From positions 1,984,001-2,048,000 of the forward strand of contig OY762825.2 in the NCBI GenBank assembly GCA_963666425.2: a DNA stretch of 64,000 nt, written 5' to 3'. Origin of the DNA: Bacillota bacterium. GTDB lineage: Bacteria; Bacillota; JAAYKD01. The notes below the pieces were generated by a model, which saw only the letters and a program-made list of their open reading frames with translations, was not told where the DNA came from and did no database searches. This document shows positions 20,738 through 31,197 of this stretch, piece after piece. A program made the position numbers and the translations under genes. How positions within the stretch are numbered: the stretch's first letter is position 1; the number at the start of each line of letters is the position of its first letter.

Positions 20738-21145
20738 ATGACGGACTTTGAACGCTTTACCGCCGGTTTGAAATGGGGCTGCGGGCTAATTGCCTGCGGC
20801 CTCAGCTTCTTACTGGGAGCCAATGATACGCTGCTCTCCATTCTCATTGCCCTGCTGGTGCTCGATTACCTAACCGGTGTGATTTCGGCTTATGTCAGCG
20901 GTAAACAACTGAGCAGCCGCATCGGCATGCAAGGCATTGCCAAAAAGATGATGTATCTGGCTCTGTTGGTCTTGGCAAACTTAATGGATAAGATCCTCAA
21001 CACCCCGGGTTCCCTGCGTGCGCTGGTATTAGGCTTTTTGATTGCTAACGAAAGCCTTAGCGTGCTGGAGAATTGTCGCAAGTGCGGTATCCCCATCCCT
21101 TTGAAATTGAAAGAAGCGCTGGAGAAATTTAAATCCCCCAGCTAA
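20738..21145 (+). CDS. phage holin family 4 (toxin secretion/phage lysis holin)
   Basis: LDYLTG, LSSRIG..GIAKK, ANESLSVLEN..GIPIP. Confidence 0.9.
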   Translation: MTDFERFTAGLKWGCGLIACGLSFLLGANDTLLSILIALLVLDYLTGVISAYVSGKQLSSRIGMQGIAKKMMYLALLVLANLMDKILNTPGSLRALVLGFLIANESLSVLENCRKCGIPIPLKLKEALEKFKSPS

Positions 21146-21155
21146 CAAAAACGAG

Positions 21156-21737
21156 GTGATCCCAATGCTCTTAATACAAGGTCATTTGGCTGAAAATCAA
21201 TATGACGGCTATGCGCCGCATCATCACATGATGCTGCTTGATCTCAGCTTTGAAGAATATGAAAAATACCATCAGCGCACCGGTAATGTCTTTGCCGATA
21301 AAACCTTGGCTTCCGCTGTGCGCAATCCCTGGCGCAGCGGTTTTGTGCGTAAAATCTTAGAGAAAACAGATGACGGTTACGATTACTGCACTCAGGTGGA
21401 ACCGGCGCACAAAGATCTCTACGCTTTCAACGGTTTGCACGATGGTGTGGATGTGCAGCCTTTTCAGGTAGCGCCGCAACCGCTCCTGGGCCAATTCTAC
21501 AGTAAGTATACCAACATCAACGGCACAAAATCGAGCTGCTCCGTCTACGAAGTGCACGACTGCCTGGAAGATGAGAAAACCGGTGAAATTGGCCGCTGCT
21601 GGGTTTGGATCGGCGCTCTCTTTGTGCAGGGGGTGTTGATTGATGGTAAAAGCTATGTGCATGTGAAAGGTCTCACCGATGCCGCCATGGCACCGCGACC
21701 GATCTGGGATGAACGCAGATTAACAGTGGAAGTATAA
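21156..21737 (+). CDS. hypothetical protein downstream of holin
   Basis: 193-aa ORF with SD, followed by a terminator; no confident family. Confidence 0.65.
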   Translation: MIPMLLIQGHLAENQYDGYAPHHHMMLLDLSFEEYEKYHQRTGNVFADKTLASAVRNPWRSGFVRKILEKTDDGYDYCTQVEPAHKDLYAFNGLHDGVDVQPFQVAPQPLLGQFYSKYTNINGTKSSCSVYEVHDCLEDEKTGEIGRCWVWIGALFVQGVLIDGKSYVHVKGLTDAAMAPRPIWDERRLTVEV

Positions 21738-21781
21738 AAAAACACGGGTTCCAATGATGAATTGGAACCCGTGTTTTTTTA
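21735..21781. terminator. bidirectional terminator
   Basis: AAAAAAACACGGGTTCCAAT-GATGA-ATTGGAACCCGTGTTTTTTT. Confidence 0.9.
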
Positions 21782-21956
21782 TGTACATTCCAATTGGATT
21801 TGTTATATTACCACCGCGATGCGGGGGATATACTATGTCGCTCCGCAAGCCTAACAACAACGTCGTCCTCTCATTTTCAACCGTTCTCCGCCGTTCCCCG
21901 TTGTAGGGGCGAGGCATTGACTCGCCCGCGGTCATTCAACCTCATCGTAACCGCCC

Positions 21957-22300
21957 CCGCTCTGGAATCTGTCAGCCTTGAACCTAGGTCCCGGAATGTT
22001 GGCTTTGGTTTCTGGAACTGCGACATATTTGCTCTGGCTTTATGTTGAAAATGCTCAATAAAACAAGAAATGCAAAAAAGCAGAGCAAGCGAGGCTTGAA
22101 CAACAAAAACTCAATTGAGAGAAGCAGAAGCAGGTAAAATTATTCCAGGGGAAGCAGGAACGAGAGCAGCAGGAAGAGCCGTAACTGATGTGAAATGAAA
22201 ACAGCTTTTGAATAGATCATATTTCCATTAAAAAGAAAAAGGTTCATTGGCAGAGGCACGGGTAAGTAGTGTATCTTATTCGTATAGCAGCCAAAGAATC
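21957..22300 (+). pseudogene. decayed duplicate of the 19380-19760 gene 3' half and its downstream region
   Basis: CCTTGAACCTA.., GCGAGGCT, GAGAAGCAG, CAGCAGGAAGA..AACTGATGTGA and ACGGGTAAG blocks align with ~19510-19870; contains stop codons. Confidence 0.75.
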
Positions 22301-22459
22301 TTTTCGTGTTATATAATGTAATTCATTTAAAAAGATTTAGTGCGAGATATATTCTAATTGATATTTAATACAAAGAAGGGAATGTGAAAGAATATGTCGA
22401 AAAAATCTTGAGGTACAAAACATTTCATAGCTCAATGATTTATTACGCTAAGGGCGGAC

Positions 22460-22690
22460 ATGCTGCACGGATTTTTTTAAACGAAACTTGAGAAGTGGTC
22501 AAACCTTGAAAAAATAGCCGAACATCTCGGTGTGAGCAAGGACACGATCCGCAACAGGATAAAAAAAGGCGTTATTCCATTCCACCGAATTGGCAAACAG
22601 CATAAATCCGAAATTTTTGAAGTAGACACTTGGGTCAACAGCAGTAAAAGTGCCGAAGTTCAGAAAATGCTGATGATAACTGGAATCTAG
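22460..22690 (+). pseudogene. excisionase-like HTH (HTH_17) pseudogene
   Basis: Frame reads KLEKWSNLEKIAEHLGVSKDTIRNRIKKGVIPFHRIGKQ..EVDTWV; in-frame TAA at codon 7 (22478). Confidence 0.7.
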
Positions 22691-22729
22691 GGAAGTGAAA
22701 ATGTGATGAAATAAGGCAGTCTCTATGCC

Positions 22730-23195
22730 GCATAAGGTACCCTTACTGCCGAGCGAATGTCGTTGAACGAAAGACTGCAAGGACTTCTTGCAAAGAAAGA
22801 TGATGTCGACGCTTTGATAAACTACGAGCTAAAACAAAAATTAGCTGATTTAAAATATCCCTGCAAAGCTATCGCAGATCAATTGAAATACAGAACGAAT
22901 CTAATCTCACTATATGTTACGAGACGAAGTTGAAAATCAGATATTTGAGAGAATGGCAGAAGAATACTCAGACGTTGAATTTGAAATTAAAAGCACTATG
23001 ACCACACCATTTTAAACGATGACAATGACTAACTAACAAGAATTCTCGATGCTTGTAAATTCGATTTCTTTAATTCAACATATTTGCCGTTGAGCAGTTT
23101 TGATGTAGAAGTAAACGGTAAAGGGAAAGGAACCTACGACAAAGGTTAAAGAGCTTTTCTAAATACAGTTGTTGCTATTGCTTTATTTGAGTAAA
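22730..23195 (+). pseudogene. fragment of a large coiled-coil ABC/SbcC-like ATPase
   Basis: Translates to SFDVEVNGKGKGTYDKG*RAFLNTVVAIALF, resembling the GKGYRAFLN signature; many stops. Confidence 0.4.
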
Positions 23196-23347
23196 AAGTG
23201 TAAAAGCAAATGTGATTCGCTTTACAAAGGATCCTGAAAGTAATCGTTAAGGTCTACTAGAAAATTCACAATAAGAAATCAAGAGCAAATATAGGACCGA
23301 GTAATAAAATATCAAAAAATGGAATTCAAATGAAAGAGGTCAAGAGA

Positions 23348-25354
23348 ATGGACAATCAACAACACAATGGAATCGTTAGTTTCATATGGGGTATCGCGGA
23401 TGACTGTCTTCGTGATGTTTATGTTCGGGGTAAATATCGCGATGTGATTTTGCCTATGACCGTTATTCGGCGCCTTGACGCAGTACTTGAACCAACAAAA
23501 ATAGCTGTTCTCGGTATGAAAAAACGGCTTGACGATGCTAAAATCACGAATCAAACGCCAGCATTATGCTATGCTGCTGGCCAATCTTTCTGCAATAGTT
23601 CAGATTTCTGTCTGCGTGATCTCACTTCGCGGGCGAAGCGTCAAACACTGAAGAAGGACTTTATAGAATATCTCAACGGCTTTTCACCCAATGTCCAGGA
23701 GATATTAGAGAAGTTTAAATTTCGTAATCAGATTGACACGATGATAGATGCGGACATTCTTGGCGCAATAATTGAAAAATTCGTTTCTCCGACAATTAAC
23801 TTAAGCCCCTTTCCTATATATAAGGATGATACAAAAACTGAAATTCGTATGCCCGGGCTTGATAACCATGCAATGGGTACTATTTTTGAAGAGCTTGTTC
23901 GCCGCTTCAACGAAGCAAACAATGAGGAAGCCGGTGAACACTGGACACCGCGCGATGTTGTTGAACTGATGGCAGATCTTATTTTCACACCGATAAGTGA
24001 TAAAATAAAAGACGCAACCTATTCATGCTATGATGGTGCTTGCGGAACGGGCGGTATGCTTACCGTTGCACAGGAAAGACTGCTGCAGTTGGCAGATAAT
24101 ACCGGCAAGAATGTGTCTATTCACCTATTTGGGCAAGAAATAAATCCAGAAACGTATGCTATTGCAAAAGCTGATTTACTTCTTAAAGGTGATGGTGACC
24201 AATCAGAGCATATTCATTTTGGCTCAACCCTCTCCGATGATGGCTGGGCGACCTATCGTTATGACTTTATGCTTTCAAATCCACCTTACGGTAAGACATG
24301 GAAAACCGACGCCGAAAAAATGGGCGGTAAAAAAGACATTCTTGACAGCCGCTTCAACGAAACTTTGAGCGACGGAACCCAACTAACAATGATTCCGAGA
24401 GTGAGTGATGGTCAACTCTTATTTCTCTTGAATAATGTGGCTAAAATGAAAATCGACACACCGCTCGGTAGCCGTATTGCAGAGGTACATAACGGCTCCT
24501 CGCTATTCACAGGTGATGCTGGTTCTGGCGAGAGCAATGCTCGTCGCTATATGATTGAAAGCGACCTTGTTGAAGCCATTATAGCCGTTCCCGAAAAGAT
24601 GTTTTACAACACAGGTATAGGAACATTTATCTGGGTTCTCTCTAACCGAAAGGAAGCGCGACGCAAGGGGAAAATACAGCTAATCGATGCCACTGGTATG
24701 AAGTCTCCGCTTCGCAAAAACTTAGGTGAAAAGAACTGCGAGTTCACGGATGAAATACGCCGTCAAATCATTGATATATATATGAACTTCGAGGAAAGTG
24801 ATGTCAGCCGTATTTTTAACAATAGTGACTTTGGATATTGGCTAATCACGGTGGAACGCCCACTGCGCCTCCGCATTGACACACAAAAGCCCATTCCTGT
24901 CACTGCTTTGAAAGCAGAGGAGTTAAAAACTTACCACTCTGCCCTTGCTGCTTTGCCACAGGGTATGCCGATGAATGACTGGACAGCATTTGCGAAAGCT
25001 ACAAAGCTGAAAGCCACTCTGCTGAAAAAGGTGTGTCCGCTCATTACAGATAAAGATCCGACTGCAAAGCCGGTAGAGGATGAAGCCGATACAGAACTGC
25101 GAGACACTGAGATTGTGCCGTTCAATTATGACGGTGGTATTCTCGCTTTCATGGAAAATGAGGTGCATCCCTTTGCACCGGATGCTTGGATTGAAGATAA
25201 GCAGACGAAAATCGGCTATGAAATCAGCTTCACAAAGTATTTTTATAAACCTATCAAATTGCGCTCCATGGCTGATATCCTCTCAGATTTGAAAATCCTT
25301 GAAGCTGAAACCGATGGTATGCTGGCGGAGATTATTGGAGGTGTTCAAGGATGA
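23348..25354 (+). CDS. hsdM: type I R-M methyltransferase subunit (m6A)
   Basis: AGEHWTPRDVV, DGACGTGGML, SNPPYG, FYNTGI. Confidence 0.95.
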   Translation: MDNQQHNGIVSFIWGIADDCLRDVYVRGKYRDVILPMTVIRRLDAVLEPTKIAVLGMKKRLDDAKITNQTPALCYAAGQSFCNSSDFCLRDLTSRAKRQTLKKDFIEYLNGFSPNVQEILEKFKFRNQIDTMIDADILGAIIEKFVSPTINLSPFPIYKDDTKTEIRMPGLDNHAMGTIFEELVRRFNEANNEEAGEHWTPRDVVELMADLIFTPISDKIKDATYSCYDGACGTGGMLTVAQERLLQLADNTGKNVSIHLFGQEINPETYAIAKADLLLKGDGDQSEHIHFGSTLSDDGWATYRYDFMLSNPPYGKTWKTDAEKMGGKKDILDSRFNETLSDGTQLTMIPRVSDGQLLFLLNNVAKMKIDTPLGSRIAEVHNGSSLFTGDAGSGESNARRYMIESDLVEAIIAVPEKMFYNTGIGTFIWVLSNRKEARRKGKIQLIDATGMKSPLRKNLGEKNCEFTDEIRRQIIDIYMNFEESDVSRIFNNSDFGYWLITVERPLRLRIDTQKPIPVTALKAEELKTYHSALAALPQGMPMNDWTAFAKATKLKATLLKKVCPLITDKDPTAKPVEDEADTELRDTEIVPFNYDGGILAFMENEVHPFAPDAWIEDKQTKIGYEISFTKYFYKPIKLRSMADILSDLKILEAETDGMLAEIIGGVQG

Positions 25355-26715
25355 GTGTGTATGAATCCTATGTTGCCATACCTTTACCGTGGTTAAGCCA
25401 AATGCCTTCTCACTGGACATTGTTACGTAACAAGAATTTCCTTCAAGAGGTAAAGGAAACCGTAGGAAGTGACTCTGTGGACTATACTTTACTCTCGTTA
25501 ACCAAAAACGGTATTATTCCAAGAGATGTTGCTAGCGGTAAAGGAAAATTTCCAAAAGACTTTGATACCTATAAAGTTATCACATCAGGAGATTTGGCTT
25601 TTTGTCTCTTTGATATCGATGAAACACCGAGAACAGTTGGCTTGTCAAAACAGGATGGAATGCTAACTGGAGCGTATACAGTATTTCATTTAAACGGGAT
25701 TAATTCTCAATTTATGACCTATTACTATTTAGCTCTTGATAACGCAAAGGCGCTTAGACCCTTTTATTCAGGGCTGAGAAAAACAATTAAGACGAATATT
25801 TTTATTGGAATTAAATTACCAGTTCCTCCTCGTAATGAACAAGATCAGATTGTTCGCTATCTCGACTGGCAGGTATCAAAAACTAACAAGCTCATTTCTA
25901 CGTTGAAAAAACAAATTGCCCTATTGAAGGAGCATAAACAGGCGATTATCAATGAGGCCGTGACAAAAGGGATTGACCCCAACGTGTCAATGAAAGACAG
26001 TGGTGTTGCATGGATTGGAGAGATTCCAGCGCATTGGAGCATAATTAAGCTCCGTAGTATATTGAAGCCTGTGAGCGTTAAAAACCACCCAGAAATGCCC
26101 CTACTCTCTGTTGTCAGAGAACAGGGAGTAATAATCCGTAATGTCGGAGATGCCGAGTCCAACCACAATTTCATACCTGACGATTTGAGCAACTATAAGG
26201 TTGTTCGTGAAGGTCAATTTGCCATGAACAAAATGAAAGCGTGGCAAGGTTCATACGGCATTTCACCATGCACCGGGATTGCTAGTCCCGCATACTTTGT
26301 CTTTGATGTTAACTTCCCAAATAGCGACTATTTTCACTATGCGATTCGCAGCAAGGTTTATGTAAATTTCTTTGCACAAGCTTCCGATGGCATACGCGTT
26401 GGACAGTGGGATTTGAATATGCAGAAAATGAAGGAAATTCCATTCATTGTGCCACCAACTCCCGAGCAAGCGGATATATTCGCATACATATCAAAAGCCT
26501 TTATGAAAATTAAAAAAGCAATAGTGGCTATAGAGCAGGAAATCGCATTACTCAGTGAATACCGCACCCGCCTCATTTCCGATGTAGCTACAGGTCAGAT
26601 TGATGTGCGCGGCGTTGAAATACCTGAATTTGAATATATAGCAGATGAAGTCGACGAAGCAACTGATGAAGAAAATCTTGAAGTTGAAGAAACGGAGGAT
26701 GAAAAAAATGAGTGA
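25351..26715 (+). CDS. hsdS: type I R-M specificity subunit
   Basis: Two TRD halves, PVPPRNEQDQI, MKDSGVAWIGEIPAHW, LISDVATGQIDVR. Confidence 0.95.
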   Translation: MSVYESYVAIPLPWLSQMPSHWTLLRNKNFLQEVKETVGSDSVDYTLLSLTKNGIIPRDVASGKGKFPKDFDTYKVITSGDLAFCLFDIDETPRTVGLSKQDGMLTGAYTVFHLNGINSQFMTYYYLALDNAKALRPFYSGLRKTIKTNIFIGIKLPVPPRNEQDQIVRYLDWQVSKTNKLISTLKKQIALLKEHKQAIINEAVTKGIDPNVSMKDSGVAWIGEIPAHWSIIKLRSILKPVSVKNHPEMPLLSVVREQGVIIRNVGDAESNHNFIPDDLSNYKVVREGQFAMNKMKAWQGSYGISPCTGIASPAYFVFDVNFPNSDYFHYAIRSKVYVNFFAQASDGIRVGQWDLNMQKMKEIPFIVPPTPEQADIFAYISKAFMKIKKAIVAIEQEIALLSEYRTRLISDVATGQIDVRGVEIPEFEYIADEVDEATDEENLEVEETEDEKNE

Positions 26716-27169
26716 TAATTTGCATATGGAAATATCCATACCAACAGACGAGGATGGATATGTCCTTTTACAATGTCCCAATTGTGGCACCTATTTTAAA
26801 GCCACGCCACCTGATATCAAAGATGACGGTGTTTTGGAGTTATTTTGCCCAAGCTGTGGACTTGCGGGCGAAAGCTTTATAACCGAAGATATAATAGAAT
26901 TGGCTATGGCAATGGTGCAAAATAAAGCAATGGACATGATACATGATGAATTTAAGAAAATGGAACGCCAGTTTAAAAAGGGTCCAGTTACTTTTAAGGC
27001 TGGCAAGCCCCCTAAACACGAATCTGAAGATCCGATTCGCTCGGGCATTGAGGCTTTGGAAATAGTATCGTTTCCATGTTGCAAGCGTACTGCTAAGATA
27101 AAGCCAATTCTAAGAATGACCGGGTGTTACTGCCCGTTTTGTGGGGTGAAAAATTATGAATTTGAATAG
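26708..27169 (+). CDS. zinc-ribbon protein inserted in the hsd operon
   Basis: CPNC, CPSC, CC and CPFC motifs; overlaps hsdS stop. Confidence 0.8.
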   Translation: MSDNLHMEISIPTDEDGYVLLQCPNCGTYFKATPPDIKDDGVLELFCPSCGLAGESFITEDIIELAMAMVQNKAMDMIHDEFKKMERQFKKGPVTFKAGKPPKHESEDPIRSGIEALEIVSFPCCKRTAKIKPILRMTGCYCPFCGVKNYEFE

Positions 27170-27938
27170 AGCGGATTTAAAGAAAATCATATATGATTTT
27201 AACAGCATATCAAATCGTCTCATGCAAGCTGATTGTAATGATTATTCAAGTGTACTATCCAAATTTGTAGTTTTTCTCAAAAACAACCAAATCATTAATG
27301 ATTACATTGACGATTGCGGGACGTGTGAACAGGATTTAGCACAAGAATTTAATAAAGCACGTAGCTATAATGGAAGTATTTTTTCACTCGGTGATACGAG
27401 CGAAGAAGAAGTTAGGAATGTTTTTGCCATATTGATCTATAGTGTCGAGAATAATATTAATATCCCGCGTGAAGTCGCTATAGGTTATTCATCCTCAAAT
27501 AAATACCAAGATAAGGCTAAAGGCTTTAATGATCGTGTGGTTAAGGTGCTAATTCGCCATATTGAAAGTTACTTAACAAAGATTGGAATCGACATGGGAA
27601 TTGACGAAAAGATTATATATTCAATTACTGTACAAAACGGGCAAGTTAATATTGCCCATGATAATGCAACTATCACTGCAACAAATGCTATAGGAATTGA
27701 TACTGCGAAATTAGCAGAATTGGTTCACGCTGTGCGAAGCACTGCAAATAACTTATCGCCCGACGATACTGATACTTTAAATAGCAGTTTGGAGGTAGTC
27801 GAAGAAGAAGTGAAATCCAATGAACCACGGAAAAGTTTCTTGAAAACAGCAATTAATGGTTTGCGTATTTTGAAGGGAACCGCTGAATTCTCTGCTGCTG
27901 TAATTGCACTCTTTCAGTTTATTCAACCTTTGTTATAG
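27156..27938 (+). CDS. hypothetical protein inserted in the hsd operon
   Basis: 260-aa ORF overlapping the upstream gene; low GC. Confidence 0.75.
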   Translation: MNLNRADLKKIIYDFNSISNRLMQADCNDYSSVLSKFVVFLKNNQIINDYIDDCGTCEQDLAQEFNKARSYNGSIFSLGDTSEEEVRNVFAILIYSVENNINIPREVAIGYSSSNKYQDKAKGFNDRVVKVLIRHIESYLTKIGIDMGIDEKIIYSITVQNGQVNIAHDNATITATNAIGIDTAKLAELVHAVRSTANNLSPDDTDTLNSSLEVVEEEVKSNEPRKSFLKTAINGLRILKGTAEFSAAVIALFQFIQPLL

Positions 27939-27957
27939 TTTTAATGGAGGTGAGTTA

Positions 27958-30933
27958 GTGTATACAAACACAAAAGAATCTGGGCTTGAATCTTTGATCG
28001 TAAAGTGGCTTATCGAACAGAATGGCTATGAACAAGGCACAAACGAGGACTACAACCGCGAATATGCTGTTGATGAAACACGACTGTTGCGCTTTCTTTT
28101 CGAAACGCAAACGGACGAAATGGAGAAGCTCGGTGTTTTTTCTGACGGCCTAAAAAAAGCAAAGTTCCTTGACCGTTTGCGTGGCGAAATTGCCAAACGT
28201 GGTGTGATTGATGTGCTTCGCAATGGCATGAAGATGTACCCCGCCAACCTCATTATGTTTTACACTTCTCCTTCCCTGAAAAACACAAAGGCACGAGAGA
28301 TGTTTGAGAAGAACATTTTCAGTGTCACGCGCCAGCTCATGTACTCGAAAGATGCCACACGCATGGCACTTGATTTGTGCATTTTCATTAACGGTCTGCC
28401 GGTCATTACCGATGAGCTTAAAAACCAGTTAACCAAGCAGAATGTTGACGATGCCGTATATCAATATCAGCACGATCGCGACCCGAAAGAGCTCCTTTTT
28501 CAGTTTAAACGTTGCATGGTACACTTTGCTGCGGACGATGTCCGTTTAAGATTCTGTACAAAATTAGATGGCAAAGATTCGTATTTCCTTCCTTTTGATA
28601 AAGGCAACAATGATAATGCCGGGAATCCGCCCAATCCCAATGGATTGATGACAGATTATTTCTGGAAGCAGATTTTGACAAAACCCATGCTCGCCCATAT
28701 TATTGAAAACTACGCGCAGGTTGTCGAGGAAACTGATCCCGATACAAGGAGAAAGAGTTACAAACAGATATTTCCACGCTTTCATCAGTTGTCCGTCGTG
28801 GAAAACTTGCTCGCGGATGTACAACACAAAGGCATCGGGCAGCGGTATTTGATCCAACACAGCGCCGGAAGCGGTAAATCAAACTCCATCGCTTGGCTTG
28901 CCCACCAACTCATCGGAATTGAACGTGCTGACGGAAGCACAATTGTGGACACCGTTCTTGTCGTAACTGACCGTGTTCTTTTGGATAAACAAATACGTGA
29001 CACCATCAAACAATTTATGCAGGTATCGAATATTGTTGCATGGGCTGAACATTCCGGTAATCTCCGTGATGCCATCAACAACGGCAAGAAGATCATTATA
29101 ACCACTGTACATAAGTTCCCGGTCATCCTCGACAGCATCGGAAGCGAGCATAAAGGACGTAATTTTGCCATCATTATCGACGAGGCACACTCATCTCAAA
29201 GCGGTAGTATGTCGGCACAGATGAACATCGTTCTATCTGGTGAATATTCTGGAACAAATGAAGAGGACGATGAAGACCGCATCAACCGCCTGATTGAGGA
29301 ACGCATCAAGGGGAAAAGAATGCTGACAAACGCCAGTTATTTTGCATTCACAGCGACCCCCAAGAATAAAACTCTTGAAATGTTCGGTATTCCGTACCCC
29401 GAGGGTGACCAAGTCAAGCACAGACCGTTCCATGTTTATACCATGAAACAAGCCATTCAAGAGGGTTTCATTCTTGATGTGCTAAAATATTACACGCCGG
29501 TGGATAGCTATTTTAAGCTTATTAAAACCGCACAAGACGACCCCATGTTTGACAAGAATAAGGCGCAAAAGAAGCTGCGCTATTTCGTGGAAAGTGACGA
29601 GTTCACTATTTTGCAAAAAGCAACGCTGATGGTTGAACATTTCCACGAACAGGTTGTTGCGAAGAACAAAATCGGTGGCAAAGCCCGCGCTATGGTCGTG
29701 ACAAGTAGCATTAAGCGGTGTATAGATTATTACTATGCGTTAAACAAATGCCTGACAGACAGGCGCAGTCCATACAAAGCGATTATTACTTTTTCTGGTG
29801 AATGTGAATTCCGAAAGGGGACGACACTAACATCTGCCGGATTGAACGGATTTCCCGATAACGCGATAACAAAGGTATTTCGTACGGACCCATACCGTTT
29901 TCTCATTGTTGCGGATATGTTTCAGACGGGTTATGATGAACCTCTACTCCATACCATGTATGTAGACAAAATGCTATCCGACATAAAAGCTGTGCAAACG
30001 TTGTCCAGATTGAATCGCTCTTGTCCGAAGAAATACGATACTTTTGTGTTGGACTTTGCAAACAAAACCTCCGTTATTGAAGAAGCATTTTCGAATTATT
30101 ATCGGACGACGATTTTGTCCTCGGAAACAGATCCGAACAAGCTCTACGATATTGTCGCTATTATGGAGAACTACCAGATTTTCTCACAGGAGCATGTCGA
30201 TATGCTGGTTGGTTTGTATTTGAATGGTGCAGACCGCGACCGTCTCGATCCGATTCTCGACGCTTGTGTAGCACAGTATAAAGAGCTTGAGAACGAAGAT
30301 AAAATTCGATTCAAGGGTGCTGCGAAGTCTTTTGTGCGTACATATGGATTTCTCGGCGCAATTCTACCATATGGGAATGCTGATTGGGAAAAATTATCCA
30401 TATTCCTAAATTTCCTTGTCCCTAAATTGCCGTCGCCACAAGAGGACGACCTATCACGCGGAATCTTGGAAGCAATTGACCTTGACAGTTATCGTGTTGA
30501 GGCGCGCGAAGCCATCTCGTTGAGATCTGAAGACACCGATGCAGAAGTCGACCCTGTTCCTGCGGGGAGCGCTGGTGGCCTGGGTGACCCTGAGTTGGAC
30601 TTGCTCTCTTCGATCCTGATGGCGTTTAACGATATGTTTGGCAATATCGACTGGAACGACGCTGACAATGTACGTCGCCAGATCCTTGAAATCCCAACAA
30701 TGGTATCCAAGGATAAAAGATATCAGAATGCTATGAAGTATTCCGACAAGCAAAGCGCTCGTATGGAAAGTGAGCGTGCATTGCAGCAGGTTATCTTCAG
30801 CATTATGGCGGATAATATGGAATTGTTTAAGCAATTTCAAGATAATCCATCATTTAAGAAAGAGCTATCCGATTTGGTGTTTAACTTGACATATAACGAA
30901 AAAGGGGAGCCTTTCGAGAAGCCGCATGAATAA
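27958..30933 (+). CDS. hsdR: type I R-M restriction subunit
   Basis: ELKN nuclease motif, QHSAGSGKS, IIDEAHSSQ, FTATPK, QTGYDEP, QTLSRLNR; GTG start after SD GGAGG. Confidence 0.95.
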   Translation: MYTNTKESGLESLIVKWLIEQNGYEQGTNEDYNREYAVDETRLLRFLFETQTDEMEKLGVFSDGLKKAKFLDRLRGEIAKRGVIDVLRNGMKMYPANLIMFYTSPSLKNTKAREMFEKNIFSVTRQLMYSKDATRMALDLCIFINGLPVITDELKNQLTKQNVDDAVYQYQHDRDPKELLFQFKRCMVHFAADDVRLRFCTKLDGKDSYFLPFDKGNNDNAGNPPNPNGLMTDYFWKQILTKPMLAHIIENYAQVVEETDPDTRRKSYKQIFPRFHQLSVVENLLADVQHKGIGQRYLIQHSAGSGKSNSIAWLAHQLIGIERADGSTIVDTVLVVTDRVLLDKQIRDTIKQFMQVSNIVAWAEHSGNLRDAINNGKKIIITTVHKFPVILDSIGSEHKGRNFAIIIDEAHSSQSGSMSAQMNIVLSGEYSGTNEEDDEDRINRLIEERIKGKRMLTNASYFAFTATPKNKTLEMFGIPYPEGDQVKHRPFHVYTMKQAIQEGFILDVLKYYTPVDSYFKLIKTAQDDPMFDKNKAQKKLRYFVESDEFTILQKATLMVEHFHEQVVAKNKIGGKARAMVVTSSIKRCIDYYYALNKCLTDRRSPYKAIITFSGECEFRKGTTLTSAGLNGFPDNAITKVFRTDPYRFLIVADMFQTGYDEPLLHTMYVDKMLSDIKAVQTLSRLNRSCPKKYDTFVLDFANKTSVIEEAFSNYYRTTILSSETDPNKLYDIVAIMENYQIFSQEHVDMLVGLYLNGADRDRLDPILDACVAQYKELENEDKIRFKGAAKSFVRTYGFLGAILPYGNADWEKLSIFLNFLVPKLPSPQEDDLSRGILEAIDLDSYRVEAREAISLRSEDTDAEVDPVPAGSAGGLGDPELDLLSSILMAFNDMFGNIDWNDADNVRRQILEIPTMVSKDKRYQNAMKYSDKQSARMESERALQQVIFSIMADNMELFKQFQDNPSFKKELSDLVFNLTYNEKGEPFEKPHE

Positions 30934-31197
30934 TGCTCTGTAATTTAACTTTGGAAGTGTTGGAATTCATACTTTCCGAATGCTAGGATTTTATCCTGCC
31001 AAATACCACCATGGAAATCTCCTAATTTTCGAGGATCAAAGCTGCCGAATTGCTCATGCTTTATAAAGGCTCGGTTTGCAAGACACACAAAAGTATTTCT
31101 TAATGAACCAGGGTATTAGAACACTTCCGTATTACATCTCATTACAATTTAAGATCGTATAAGAATTCAAATTTTTGATTGGTTTTGGAGGATTATT

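Noticed and set aside
20218-21737. Prophage
   Set aside because: Only a holin; no integrase, terminase, capsid or tail genes
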